A stretch of DNA of 64,000 nucleotides from a bacterium (GTDB lineage: Bacteria > Krumholzibacteriota > Krumholzibacteriia > G020349025): positions 40,512 through 104,511 of the forward strand of contig JANLSU010000003.1 in NCBI GenBank assembly GCA_031362565.1, in the 5' to 3' direction. The notes under the pieces are model-generated. The model made no database searches. It saw nothing but the letters and a program-made list of their open reading frames with translations, and was not told where the DNA came from. Positions 48,017-57,142 of the stretch are shown one piece after another. The translations under genes were made by a program, and so were the position numbers. The first letter of the stretch is position 1. Every line of letters starts with the position of its first letter.

Positions 48017-49573
48017 GTGTTCCAGCGCCTCGTTTTTGGGTTCGCACTCGCACTCCTGCTGCGGCCGGAGGCTGCCCTTGGCACGTCCAAGGTGCAGCCA
48101 CGCCTGGCGCGTGTCTTGACACAGACGCCACCCGCGGCGCCGATTGCCACTTGGGTCTTTTTCACCGACAAGGGCCCAGTCCAAAAGGCCACGCCTGACG
48201 ACGTCGTGACACCGCGCTCGTTGCGGCGGCGCGCCAAGGTGCGGCCGGCGAATGCCCTCGTGGATGCGGCTGACCTGCCGGTGTGTGAAGCCTATGTGGC
48301 GCGAATCGCCGCCCTCGGCGTGCACATTCGCCAGCGCTCGAAGTGGTTCAACGCGGTCAGTGTCGATGCGACCGCCGGGCAGATTCAGGCCCTCCAAGCG
48401 CGGCCCGAAGTGCGGTCCATGGAACTCTTGACGCGCTTCCGGCGTGCCGCTCCCGAGATGACGCCCGCGCCGGTGCCCGAGAAGATCGCGCCGCGTGCTG
48501 GACATGGCCCGCGCTCGAGCGCCGCCCAGCCGCCGACCACGCACACCTTCAACTATGGCAACTCTCTCCCGCAAGTCGCGCTCTCGAACATTCCGGCCCT
48601 GCACGACCGTGGCATCAATGGCCAGGGTGTTCTCGTCGGACATTTCGACAATGGCTATCGCTTGCTGTCACACGAGGCGCTGGCGTCGTTGCATGTCGTT
48701 GGAGCGCACGACTTCGTGGATCACGACGCGGATCCGGCGCCACCCGTCACCGCGCCCGATTTCTTTGGCGCCCACGGCATCGGCACCCTCGGGACCATCG
48801 CCGGCTTCAGGCCGGGCCAGCTCATCGGCCCGGCGTTCGGCGCCGATTTTTTGCTGGCACGCACCGAGAATGACGCAAGCGAAACGCCGCTCGAGGAAGA
48901 CAACTGGGTCGCCGCCATGGAATGGGCGGATAGCTTGGGTGTCGAAGTGACGTCGACATCGCTCGGCTACCTGACGTGGGATGATGCGTTTAGCGGCCAG
49001 AACCTGACCTGGCAAGATTTGAACGGCAACACCGCCATCATGACGCGTGCCGCCGACCATGCGGTGGCACTCGGCATCGTGGTCGTCACAGCGGCCGGCA
49101 ACGAAGGGGCAAGCACGCAGGGACACAACACCCTGCTCGTGCCGGCCGACGGGGACAGTGTCATCACGGCGGGCGGCGTGTGGATTCCGCCGGGCGCCAC
49201 CGAATCCGAACGCTACTTCACGAGTTCAGTGGGGCCGACGACGAGCCTGCCGCCACGCATCAAACCCGACGTCGCGGCCCAAGGCGCCGCGGTATACATC
49301 GCCGGCACCGGCAGCACCACAGCGTACGGTTACTCGGCCGGGACGTCGTTCGCGTGTCCGTTGGTCGCCGGCGTCGCCGCAATGTTGCTCTCCGCCTGCC
49401 CCAGCGCGACTCCGCTCCAAATCCGCGATGCGCTCCGCAGCACCGCCAACCACGCCGCCAATCCGGACAACCAAGTGGGCTGGGGCGTCGTCAACGCCAC
49501 CGCCGCGCTTGCCGCCTTGCAGACACCGGTCACGCCGGTGTCGTTTTCCGACTTGAAGAAACGCTTCCGCTAA
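48017..49573 (+). CDS. Secreted S8 subtilisin-like serine protease with C-terminal SFSDLKKRFR tail
   Basis: Catalytic D (HFDNGY), H (HGIGT), S (GTSFACP); AAGNEG, KPDV. GTG 48017 with GGAGG RBS. Confidence 0.92.
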   Translation: MFQRLVFGFALALLLRPEAALGTSKVQPRLARVLTQTPPAAPIATWVFFTDKGPVQKATPDDVVTPRSLRRRAKVRPANALVDAADLPVCEAYVARIAALGVHIRQRSKWFNAVSVDATAGQIQALQARPEVRSMELLTRFRRAAPEMTPAPVPEKIAPRAGHGPRSSAAQPPTTHTFNYGNSLPQVALSNIPALHDRGINGQGVLVGHFDNGYRLLSHEALASLHVVGAHDFVDHDADPAPPVTAPDFFGAHGIGTLGTIAGFRPGQLIGPAFGADFLLARTENDASETPLEEDNWVAAMEWADSLGVEVTSTSLGYLTWDDAFSGQNLTWQDLNGNTAIMTRAADHAVALGIVVVTAAGNEGASTQGHNTLLVPADGDSVITAGGVWIPPGATESERYFTSSVGPTTSLPPRIKPDVAAQGAAVYIAGTGSTTAYGYSAGTSFACPLVAGVAAMLLSACPSATPLQIRDALRSTANHAANPDNQVGWGVVNATAALAALQTPVTPVSFSDLKKRFR

Positions 49574-49574
49574 C

Positions 49575-51929
49575 TCAATACACCCAGTGATTGCCGGCGA
49601 GGGCGGCGAGCGAGCGCCCGAGCAGGACGCGTTGGACTTCGTGGTGGTCGTTGGCGCGGAGGATTCCCAGCGTGTGCCAGCGGTCGGTGTCGGCGAACGC
49701 CGCGCTCGCGCGCGCGATCGCGGCGCGAACATCGGAGCGCGTTCGACAGCGGCGGTCGTACCACAAGAGGAAGTTGATGATCCCCGGCGTCCGCCCGAAC
49801 GTCCCATCTTCCTTGCTGTCCCAAGTGCCGTCTTTGCGCTGCGTCCGCAGCAGCCAGTCGACATGCGGCCCGAGAGCGCGGCGTAGCTTCGTCAGTACGG
49901 CCGGATCCTCCAGCAGCATATCGGCTGCGATCCAACCCTCTTCGATGTACGCCGCGGCACGTAACGATCCTTCGCGACACGTGGCCGGTTCCTTGAAACC
50001 CTCGGCCGTGATCTGCGACAGCGTGTAGTCGAGTGAACGCAGCGCTTGAACGCGATACTCCGGTTTGTGGGTCCGGTGGAAGAGCCAGGCGCGGGTTTCG
50101 ATGCCGACGAGCGCGGTGCTCACCAAGTACGGCTCTGGGCTCATGCGCCGCGGCAGACCCACGGTGTCGACGATCAGCTCGCGGCCGAGACCCACCTCGC
50201 CGGTTTCGTGTAACAGTTTTTCATTCGCCACGCCGCGCAGGAAACGTTCGGCGGCGGCTTGATAACGCTGCAGTCGCGGCTCGTCGACGTATTTCTCGAC
50301 CGCGCCAAAGAGCGCCGCGGCGGCGCCCATGTCAGCGATCCAAATGGCGGGATATCCGAGCGGCCAAAAACCGAATTTATCCTGGATCGCGACCAGCGTG
50401 TCGGCATAGGCAATCGCTCGTTCGAGGCCGCGTTGCGAGTCGAACCAGTCGGTCTTGCCCGCACCGCAGGCCGTGAGCGCCGTGTGCGCCGCGACGAGTG
50501 TGCGCATTGCATAGGCTTCGACAAAGAGACGCCGGCTGCGTTTCGGCCGCCCAAGGGTGTGCGCGGCGAGAACGCGCAGCGCATCGCGCGTCGCCAACGT
50601 ATCGACCGCACTGGGTGCTTTCGATGCATTCCGCGGCGCCCCCCACGGCCAGGCCCGGCACGTGAGCACGGATTGCTGCGCAGTGCGCTCCTGGCACAAA
50701 AGCGCCAGGCCTTCGGGCAATGACACGAGCGCCGCAGGCATGGGCGTGCGTCCCGGATGCACGAACAGGCGCGTGGCGCGCGTCCAAGTGCGGCCCGCAT
50801 CCGCCGATGCCGCGAGACGCAGTCCCTGCAGGGCCGGCGCGGCAAGCGTCGTGTCGGGCCGGGGCTCGGTGAATGCAAGGCGCAACTGCCCGGCGTCGGC
50901 GATGAGGACCGGATCCGCGGCCGTTTCGAATTCCAGCGCGGTGAACAAACTCCACGTGCGTCCCGCATCGCTGGACGCCGCGCGCACGATGCGAGCCCCT
51001 TGGCGCGCAGCGCACACGACAACACCGCCGCCGAGCGCGGCTAGACTTGGCACTGCAAGGGCATCCACTGGAATCGCTGCCGCGTTCAAACTCCACTGCC
51101 TTCCCCCATCGGTCGAGCGCGCCACGTCGAAACCCTGAGTTGCATCTGGAGTGTCTTGCAGTACGAGCGGCACGAGCAGTGTGCCATCCGGCAGCACGAC
51201 CGGATGCCCACACAGAATGCGCGCCGCGCGCACGAGGAGTGCGGGCTCCGTCCAGTGCATGCCGGCGTCATCGGTGCGATAGGCGACAGCGGCTTCCATC
51301 CCGCCCTCGGCCGGCAGGATTGCCGTCACGACGATTGCGCCGTCGGCGCACTGCACGAGCCCCGGAGTGTCACCGGCGAGCGTCGCCAGAGCGGGTGCCG
51401 ATGCCGCCGCAGTTTTGTCGTGAGCGATGCGCACCAGGTGGATTGCGGCGAGCGGCGTCTCGAGGGCCGGTGCCTGCGCCGCCGCAGGACGAACGAGCGC
51501 CGGCTCGATCGTCGCGCTCGGGCGGGAGGATTCGGGCGCGGGTGTCGATTCATGATCGGGACCGGCGCCGACCCAAGCGATCCAGAGTGCATCCGAAGTC
51601 TCGAGCAGATCACCAGAATGCTCGGCGCACGCGCCCGCCGCGTCGGGCGGCAGAGGTTGCATCCAGAGAAGCCGTTCGTCGAGTCGGGAAACGGGCCGTG
51701 CTTCGGCTGGCGTCCGCGAACGCACGGATGCAGTCACATGCCGTTTCGCCGGCGCACGCTCCGCAACGGAACGTGGGTCGCCGGCGACAGCGAGGGTCGG
51801 GAGACTCGCCGCAGCGAGGAGCAGCAAGCAAGCTCGATGCTCGGGCCGCGGGCGAAGCGCAGCGCCGATCAATCGGGAATCTCCTCCGATACATCTTGAT
51901 GCTAGCAGGCGTGGTTTCCAGCCCGCCAC
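49575..51929 (-). CDS. BNR/Asp-box (sialidase-like) propeller fused to a C-terminal alpha/alpha-toroid-like domain
   Basis: Asp-boxes TDDAGMHW, STDGGRQW, SSDAGRTW, SADAGRTW; QDKFGFW and QRKDGTW repeats. Start uncertain. Confidence 0.7.
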   Translation of the reverse strand: MAGWKPRLLASRCIGGDSRLIGAALRPRPEHRACLLLLAAASLPTLAVAGDPRSVAERAPAKRHVTASVRSRTPAEARPVSRLDERLLWMQPLPPDAAGACAEHSGDLLETSDALWIAWVGAGPDHESTPAPESSRPSATIEPALVRPAAAQAPALETPLAAIHLVRIAHDKTAAASAPALATLAGDTPGLVQCADGAIVVTAILPAEGGMEAAVAYRTDDAGMHWTEPALLVRAARILCGHPVVLPDGTLLVPLVLQDTPDATQGFDVARSTDGGRQWSLNAAAIPVDALAVPSLAALGGGVVVCAARQGARIVRAASSDAGRTWSLFTALEFETAADPVLIADAGQLRLAFTEPRPDTTLAAPALQGLRLAASADAGRTWTRATRLFVHPGRTPMPAALVSLPEGLALLCQERTAQQSVLTCRAWPWGAPRNASKAPSAVDTLATRDALRVLAAHTLGRPKRSRRLFVEAYAMRTLVAAHTALTACGAGKTDWFDSQRGLERAIAYADTLVAIQDKFGFWPLGYPAIWIADMGAAAALFGAVEKYVDEPRLQRYQAAAERFLRGVANEKLLHETGEVGLGRELIVDTVGLPRRMSPEPYLVSTALVGIETRAWLFHRTHKPEYRVQALRSLDYTLSQITAEGFKEPATCREGSLRAAAYIEEGWIAADMLLEDPAVLTKLRRALGPHVDWLLRTQRKDGTWDSKEDGTFGRTPGIINFLLWYDRRCRTRSDVRAAIARASAAFADTDRWHTLGILRANDHHEVQRVLLGRSLAALAGNHWVY

Positions 51930-52055
51930 GTCAATCTGGACCTTGGCGCAAAGGCCGCGCTACAGTGCGGCCAGCGACCGGGCGTCACGAACCCGGGTCA
52001 AAAGAAGCGGGCGCGCTGCCCGCGGGATCCAACCGGGAATGCCAAGGAGAGCCTC

Positions 52056-53360
52056 GTGACGTCTACGGACCCGATCGGTCCGCACAGCCAGGCGCTCTTC
52101 GAGCGCGCCCGCGTGCGCATTCCGGGCGGCGTCAACTCGCCGGTGCGTGCTTTTCGCGCCGTCGGTGGCCAACCGCTCTTCATCGCGCGCGGCGAGGGTC
52201 CCTACCTCTGGGACGTGGATGGGCGCCGGTACATCGACTACGTCGGGTCGTGGGGGCCGCTGCTCTTCGGGCACGCGCATCCGAAAATCGTCGCAGCGGT
52301 GCGGGATGCCGCGACACTCGGCACGAGTTTCGGTGCACCCACCGAACGTGAAGTCGAATTCGCGGAACGTTTGTGCGGCATCGTGCCGGGGCTCGACATG
52401 GTGCGCCTCGTCAACTCGGGCACCGAAGCGACGCTCTCGGCCATTCGTTTGGCGCGCGCCGCAACGGGCCGCGCCAAGGTCGTCAAGTTCGCCGGCTGTT
52501 ATCACGGCCACGGCGACAGTTTTCTCATCAAGGCGGGGTCGGGAATCGCAACGCTTGGTTTGCCCGACAGCCCGGGTGTTACGCCGGGGACCGCAGCCGA
52601 CACCCTCGTTGCCGAATACAACGACCTCGGCGCCGTGTCGGCGTTGCTCGATGCGCATCGCAACCAGGTTGCCGCCATCATCCTCGAGCCCGTCGTCGGC
52701 AACATGGGACTCGTGCCACCAGAACCTGGATTCCTGGACGGCTTGCGGGCGTTGTGTGATGTGCACGGCGCGCTACTCGTCCTCGACGAGGTCATGACCG
52801 GGTTTCGTCTGGCGCCGGGCGGCGCGCAAGAATTGTTCGGCGTGCGCGCCGATCTCGCGACCTTCGGCAAGGTGATCGGCGGCGGGTTGCCGATTGGCGC
52901 CTACGGCGGCCGCCGCGAAGTGATGGCACTCGTCGCGCCCAGCGGCCCCATGTATCAAGCCGGAACGCTTTCCGGAAACCCGGTGGCGGTCGCCGCGGGG
53001 CTCGCGATGCTCGATCTGCTCGCCGATGGCGCCGTGTACGCCCACCTCGAACGGCAATCACAGCGCTTGGAGAACGGCGTGCGCGCCGCCATGGCGCGGA
53101 GCGGCGCGGCGCTTTGTCTGCAGCGTGTGGGCTCGATGTGGACGCTCTTTTTCCAGGCTGGACCGGTGCGCGACTGGCCGGGCGCCGCGCGTAGCGACAC
53201 GGCACGCTTCGCGCGCTTCTTCACGGCGCTCCTCGGGCGCGGCGTCTACATCGCGCCGTCACAATACGAAGCGTGCTTCGTGGGCGCGGCGCACGACGAT
53301 GCCGTCATCGACGCCACCATCGACGCGGTCGGTGGCGCACTCGCGGAGGCTTGCTCATGA
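52056..53360 (+). CDS. hemL: Glutamate-1-semialdehyde 2,1-aminomutase
   Basis: PGGVNSPVRAF, NSGTEAT, YHGH, DEVMTGFR, GKVIGGGLP, YQAGTLSGNP. Confidence 0.98.
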   Translation: MTSTDPIGPHSQALFERARVRIPGGVNSPVRAFRAVGGQPLFIARGEGPYLWDVDGRRYIDYVGSWGPLLFGHAHPKIVAAVRDAATLGTSFGAPTEREVEFAERLCGIVPGLDMVRLVNSGTEATLSAIRLARAATGRAKVVKFAGCYHGHGDSFLIKAGSGIATLGLPDSPGVTPGTAADTLVAEYNDLGAVSALLDAHRNQVAAIILEPVVGNMGLVPPEPGFLDGLRALCDVHGALLVLDEVMTGFRLAPGGAQELFGVRADLATFGKVIGGGLPIGAYGGRREVMALVAPSGPMYQAGTLSGNPVAVAAGLAMLDLLADGAVYAHLERQSQRLENGVRAAMARSGAALCLQRVGSMWTLFFQAGPVRDWPGAARSDTARFARFFTALLGRGVYIAPSQYEACFVGAAHDDAVIDATIDAVGGALAEACS

Positions 53361-54406
53361 CCACGCCGGCTTGGCTCGACAGCGATTTCATGCGCGCTTG
53401 CCGCGGTGAACCGGTGCGGCGCACCCCCGTGTGGTTCATGCGCCAGGCCGGGCGCTACATGCCGGAATACCGCGCCATCAAAGAGAAATCGTCGTTTCTC
53501 GAAATGTGCCGGACGCCGGATCTCGCGACCGAAATCACCCTGCAGCCGGTGCGCGCGCTCGGCGTCGATGCGGCGATTCTCTTCAGCGACATTCTGATTC
53601 CTGTCGCCGCCATGGGCTTGCAGGTGGAGTTCAACCCCGGGCCCCACATTCCGCAGCCGGTGCGTTCGCGCGCCGACGTGGATGCGTTGCGCGTGCCGGA
53701 CCCCACCGAGACCGTGCCGTTCGTGTTGGAAGCGATCCGGCGTTTGCGCCGCGAATTGCCGGCGAACGTGCCGCTCATCGGCTTCTGCGGCGCGCCGTGG
53801 ACGCTGGCGTGTTATATGGCCGAGGGTGGCGGCGGCAAGGAACCGTCGCGCATGAAGCGCCTGTGCTACGAGGATCCGGCGACGGCTGATGCATTGCTCG
53901 ACAAGCTCGCGGCCACGAACGCCGCGTACCTCGCCGCCCAAATCGCCGCCGGCGTCCAAGCGGTGCAGATCTTCGATACTTGGGCGAGTATGCTGCACCG
54001 CAGCGACTACGCGCGGTGGTCGCTGCCGTACGTGCAGCGCATGATCGCCATGATCCATGCAGCCGCCGGCGACCAGGATGTAGCCCCCATCATTTATTTC
54101 GCACGTGAATCCGGCGCTCTCCTCGCGGATGTCGCCACGACCGGCGCCGACGTCCTGAGCGTCGATTGGCGGGTGCCGCTCGACGCCGCCCGCCGCATCG
54201 TCGGCGGTGCACTTCCGCTGCAAGGCAATCTCGATCCGTGGGCGCTCTTTGCACCGTGGGAAGAACTGCGCCGCCACGCCGACGTTGTTCTGCGCCAAGC
54301 CGGCACACAGCCGCACATCTTCAATCTCGGTCACGGCATTCTGCAGGAAACACCCGTCGACAACGTCCGCCGCCTCGTGGATCACGTCCACGCGCACGTC
54401 CGATAG
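53357..54406 (+). CDS. hemE: Uroporphyrinogen decarboxylase
   Basis: PVWFMRQAGRY, AILFSDIL, GAPWTLA, LQGNLDP, FNLGHGI; ATGA-coupled to hemL. Confidence 0.98.
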   Translation: MTTPAWLDSDFMRACRGEPVRRTPVWFMRQAGRYMPEYRAIKEKSSFLEMCRTPDLATEITLQPVRALGVDAAILFSDILIPVAAMGLQVEFNPGPHIPQPVRSRADVDALRVPDPTETVPFVLEAIRRLRRELPANVPLIGFCGAPWTLACYMAEGGGGKEPSRMKRLCYEDPATADALLDKLAATNAAYLAAQIAAGVQAVQIFDTWASMLHRSDYARWSLPYVQRMIAMIHAAAGDQDVAPIIYFARESGALLADVATTGADVLSVDWRVPLDAARRIVGGALPLQGNLDPWALFAPWEELRRHADVVLRQAGTQPHIFNLGHGILQETPVDNVRRLVDHVHAHVR

Positions 54407-54458
54407 CCCAAGGACCCGTGCGGCGACCGTGGGCAGACGTCTGGGGTACACTGCACGG

Positions 54459-57083
54459 ATGCTGCTGCTCGCCGCGACGCTCGCTTTCCTTTCCGGATTC
54501 GTGGCCCTGGGGTACGAGGTGCTCTGGGCGCGACGCCTGTCCGATGTCATCGGTGCGACGGCACTCGCATCGAGTCTCGTGGTCGGCGTTTTCTTCGTGA
54601 TGTTGTCGGCCGGTGCTTGGGCACTCGGTCCGCGCGCCGCGCGTAGCCGCTCGCCATGGCGGCTCTATGCGCTGCTCGAGGCGTGCATCCTCGTGGCCAT
54701 CCTGCCGGCATTCTTCGGTGAGTCGCTCGCCGGTGCGGTGGCGGCGGCGTTTGGTGATGCGCTGCTCCGCCCCGGCACAGGTCTCGCACTCAAGACGTTG
54801 TTGGCGGTCCTGTTCGTCGGGCCGGCGTCCTTTTGCATGGGCGGAACGCTGCCGGCGATGGGCCAGGCGGTGGTGCGCGCCGGACAACTGGGTCGCGACG
54901 GCAATCTCCTCTACGGGATCAACACCCTGGGAGGCGCGGTGGGCGTGGTCGTGACGACGTTCGTCCTCGCACCCCATCTCGGGATGCATGGCGCCTTTGC
55001 GGTGCTGATGGCCGCAAGCCTGGCGCTAGCGATCGCGGCACTGCGAATGGCCCGCGCCACAGGACACACCTCGGCGCCGGTGCCCGCGCCGCAGAACGCC
55101 ACACCAGCGGCGCAAGACGCCGCGTCCGGCTCTGCAAGCAACTTTTCCACTTGGACCGCGCTCGCTTTTTTTTCGGGCGCCAACGTGCTCGGGCTCGAGA
55201 TCCTGGCGCTGCATCTCTTTGGACAAGTGCTGCACAACTCGACTTACACTTTTGCCGCGGTGCTCGTCGTGGTCATTGCGTCGCTCGCGGCCGGAGCGTT
55301 GATCGTGCAGCGCTGGCGGCTCGATCATGAGACCGCGGTGCATCGTGCTGGACTCGTCTTGCTGGCCACCGCCCTCGCGACGGCACTCGTGCCGCGCGCC
55401 TTTTTCGCACTGACACACGGGTTACAGCCGTTCGGTGGCGGCGTCGCGTCGCTCGCCGGCTATGTCCTGCGAATCGCCGGCGTTGGCGCACTGGTCTTGG
55501 GCCCCGCATTCACGCTTGCGGGCATGGTGTTTCCGCTGGCACTCGCCGGGGCTGGAATGACGGCTGGCGATTCAAAGCGCGCCACGCACGGAATCGGCAC
55601 CGCGTGGGGCCGCTTGCTGGCGGCGAATGCCGTCGGCGCGTTGCTCGGGCTCGTGGTCGCCAACTTTGTCTGCATGCGTGCCTTCGGGTTGTGGATCACG
55701 CTATCGCTCTGGGCTCTGGCCGCATCCGTCGCCGGCATGTTGGTGGCGATGCGCGGACCGGCATTCGGGCGGCGCGCCCGTTTGGCGGTTGCAATTGCCG
55801 CCGCGCTCGCATTGGTGGCGGGATTCCCAGGTTCACTCCCGGTTGCCGCCTTGCAGCCGGGCGACACGTTGCTGAGTTGGCAAGCCGGCGCCGACGGCAT
55901 CGCGGCCGCAATTGCCCGCCGCCCCGAATCCGCCCGCGAAGCCCCCGACATCCGCATCAAGTGGAACAACACCTATTCCTTGGGCGGCACGGGCAACGCC
56001 GCCCAACAAGCGCGGATGGGGCACATTCCGCTCCTCCTGCACCCGGCGCCGCGCCGCGTCGGCTTCATCGGCCTCGCCACCGGCATCACGGCGAGTGCGG
56101 CATTGAATGACCCGGCGGTGCGTTCCGTCGTCGCTGCCGAACTGTCACCCGAGATCACGGCGCTCGCGTGCCGGCACTTTGCCGACGCCAACCTCAATCT
56201 GTGCGACAACCCCAAGGTCCGTGTCGTGGTCGAAGACGGCCGGCTCTTCTTTCGCGCCACCCGCGATACGTTCGACGTCGTCGTCGGTGATCTCTTCGTA
56301 CCGTGGCAGGCCGGCACCGCGAACCTCTACACCCGCGAGCAGTTCACGGCGGTGCGCGGCCACCTGGCGCCCGGCGGCCTCTTTGCGCAGTGGCTGCCCT
56401 TGTTCCAGCTCGACCCGGTGGGATTCTTCGGCATTGCGTCGACCTTCGCGGCGGTGTTCCCGAATGCTTGGCTGGCGGTTGCCGATTTTCAACCCTACAA
56501 CCCGGCGATTGCGCTCATCGGTTGGCGCGATGTCGACGGTGCCCCGGCGTTCGATGTCGTGGCGTCGCGATGCGCGCAGGTACAACCGCGCGCGCGGCTC
56601 CGCGAACCAATGCTCGCCGATGCGGCCGGTGTCGGGACCTTTCTCGTCGGCCCGCTCGCCGGCCAGTTGCCGCCCGGCGTGCCGCTCTTGACGCTCGACA
56701 ATCCGTGGCTCGCCGATCATGCGCCACGTATTCAACGCACCCGGCCTGTGCAGTGGTTCGCGGGTGCCGGCCTCGCGCGTTACTTGCAGCGGGTCGCTGG
56801 GGGCGCGCCGCGCGATCAATTCGCGCCCGCCATCCTCCGCGGCCAGGAGTTGTATCAGTTCGCCGAACTGGTCGAACGCGAAGGTCTCGACTCGGCTGAG
56901 CGGTGGTTCGATGCCAACGTACATGCGCCCTTGCCGAGCGCGAACTTCGCGGTCGATCGCCCCGAACTCGAGCATTGGCCCTTCACCATGCAGACCGGCC
57001 TGTATTTGGTGCGCCGCGCGCTGGCGGAAGCCCACGCGAAGGCCACAGCGCCAGCGCTTGCCCCGCCGCCCCACGTCCGTTAG
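54459..57083 (+). CDS. Membrane-fused spermidine synthase-like protein (MFS-like TMs + SAM-binding domain)
   Basis: FLSGFVALGYEVLW, MGGTLP, LYGINTLG, IGLATGIT, EDGR, FDVVVGD, PGGLFAQW. Confidence 0.88.
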   Translation: MLLLAATLAFLSGFVALGYEVLWARRLSDVIGATALASSLVVGVFFVMLSAGAWALGPRAARSRSPWRLYALLEACILVAILPAFFGESLAGAVAAAFGDALLRPGTGLALKTLLAVLFVGPASFCMGGTLPAMGQAVVRAGQLGRDGNLLYGINTLGGAVGVVVTTFVLAPHLGMHGAFAVLMAASLALAIAALRMARATGHTSAPVPAPQNATPAAQDAASGSASNFSTWTALAFFSGANVLGLEILALHLFGQVLHNSTYTFAAVLVVVIASLAAGALIVQRWRLDHETAVHRAGLVLLATALATALVPRAFFALTHGLQPFGGGVASLAGYVLRIAGVGALVLGPAFTLAGMVFPLALAGAGMTAGDSKRATHGIGTAWGRLLAANAVGALLGLVVANFVCMRAFGLWITLSLWALAASVAGMLVAMRGPAFGRRARLAVAIAAALALVAGFPGSLPVAALQPGDTLLSWQAGADGIAAAIARRPESAREAPDIRIKWNNTYSLGGTGNAAQQARMGHIPLLLHPAPRRVGFIGLATGITASAALNDPAVRSVVAAELSPEITALACRHFADANLNLCDNPKVRVVVEDGRLFFRATRDTFDVVVGDLFVPWQAGTANLYTREQFTAVRGHLAPGGLFAQWLPLFQLDPVGFFGIASTFAAVFPNAWLAVADFQPYNPAIALIGWRDVDGAPAFDVVASRCAQVQPRARLREPMLADAAGVGTFLVGPLAGQLPPGVPLLTLDNPWLADHAPRIQRTRPVQWFAGAGLARYLQRVAGGAPRDQFAPAILRGQELYQFAELVEREGLDSAERWFDANVHAPLPSANFAVDRPELEHWPFTMQTGLYLVRRALAEAHAKATAPALAPPPHVR

Positions 57084-57142
57084 GCTGGCAGCGTCATGCG
57101 CGTGGCGCCACGCAAGCGGCTGCACCAGGAACGAGGACCTCG

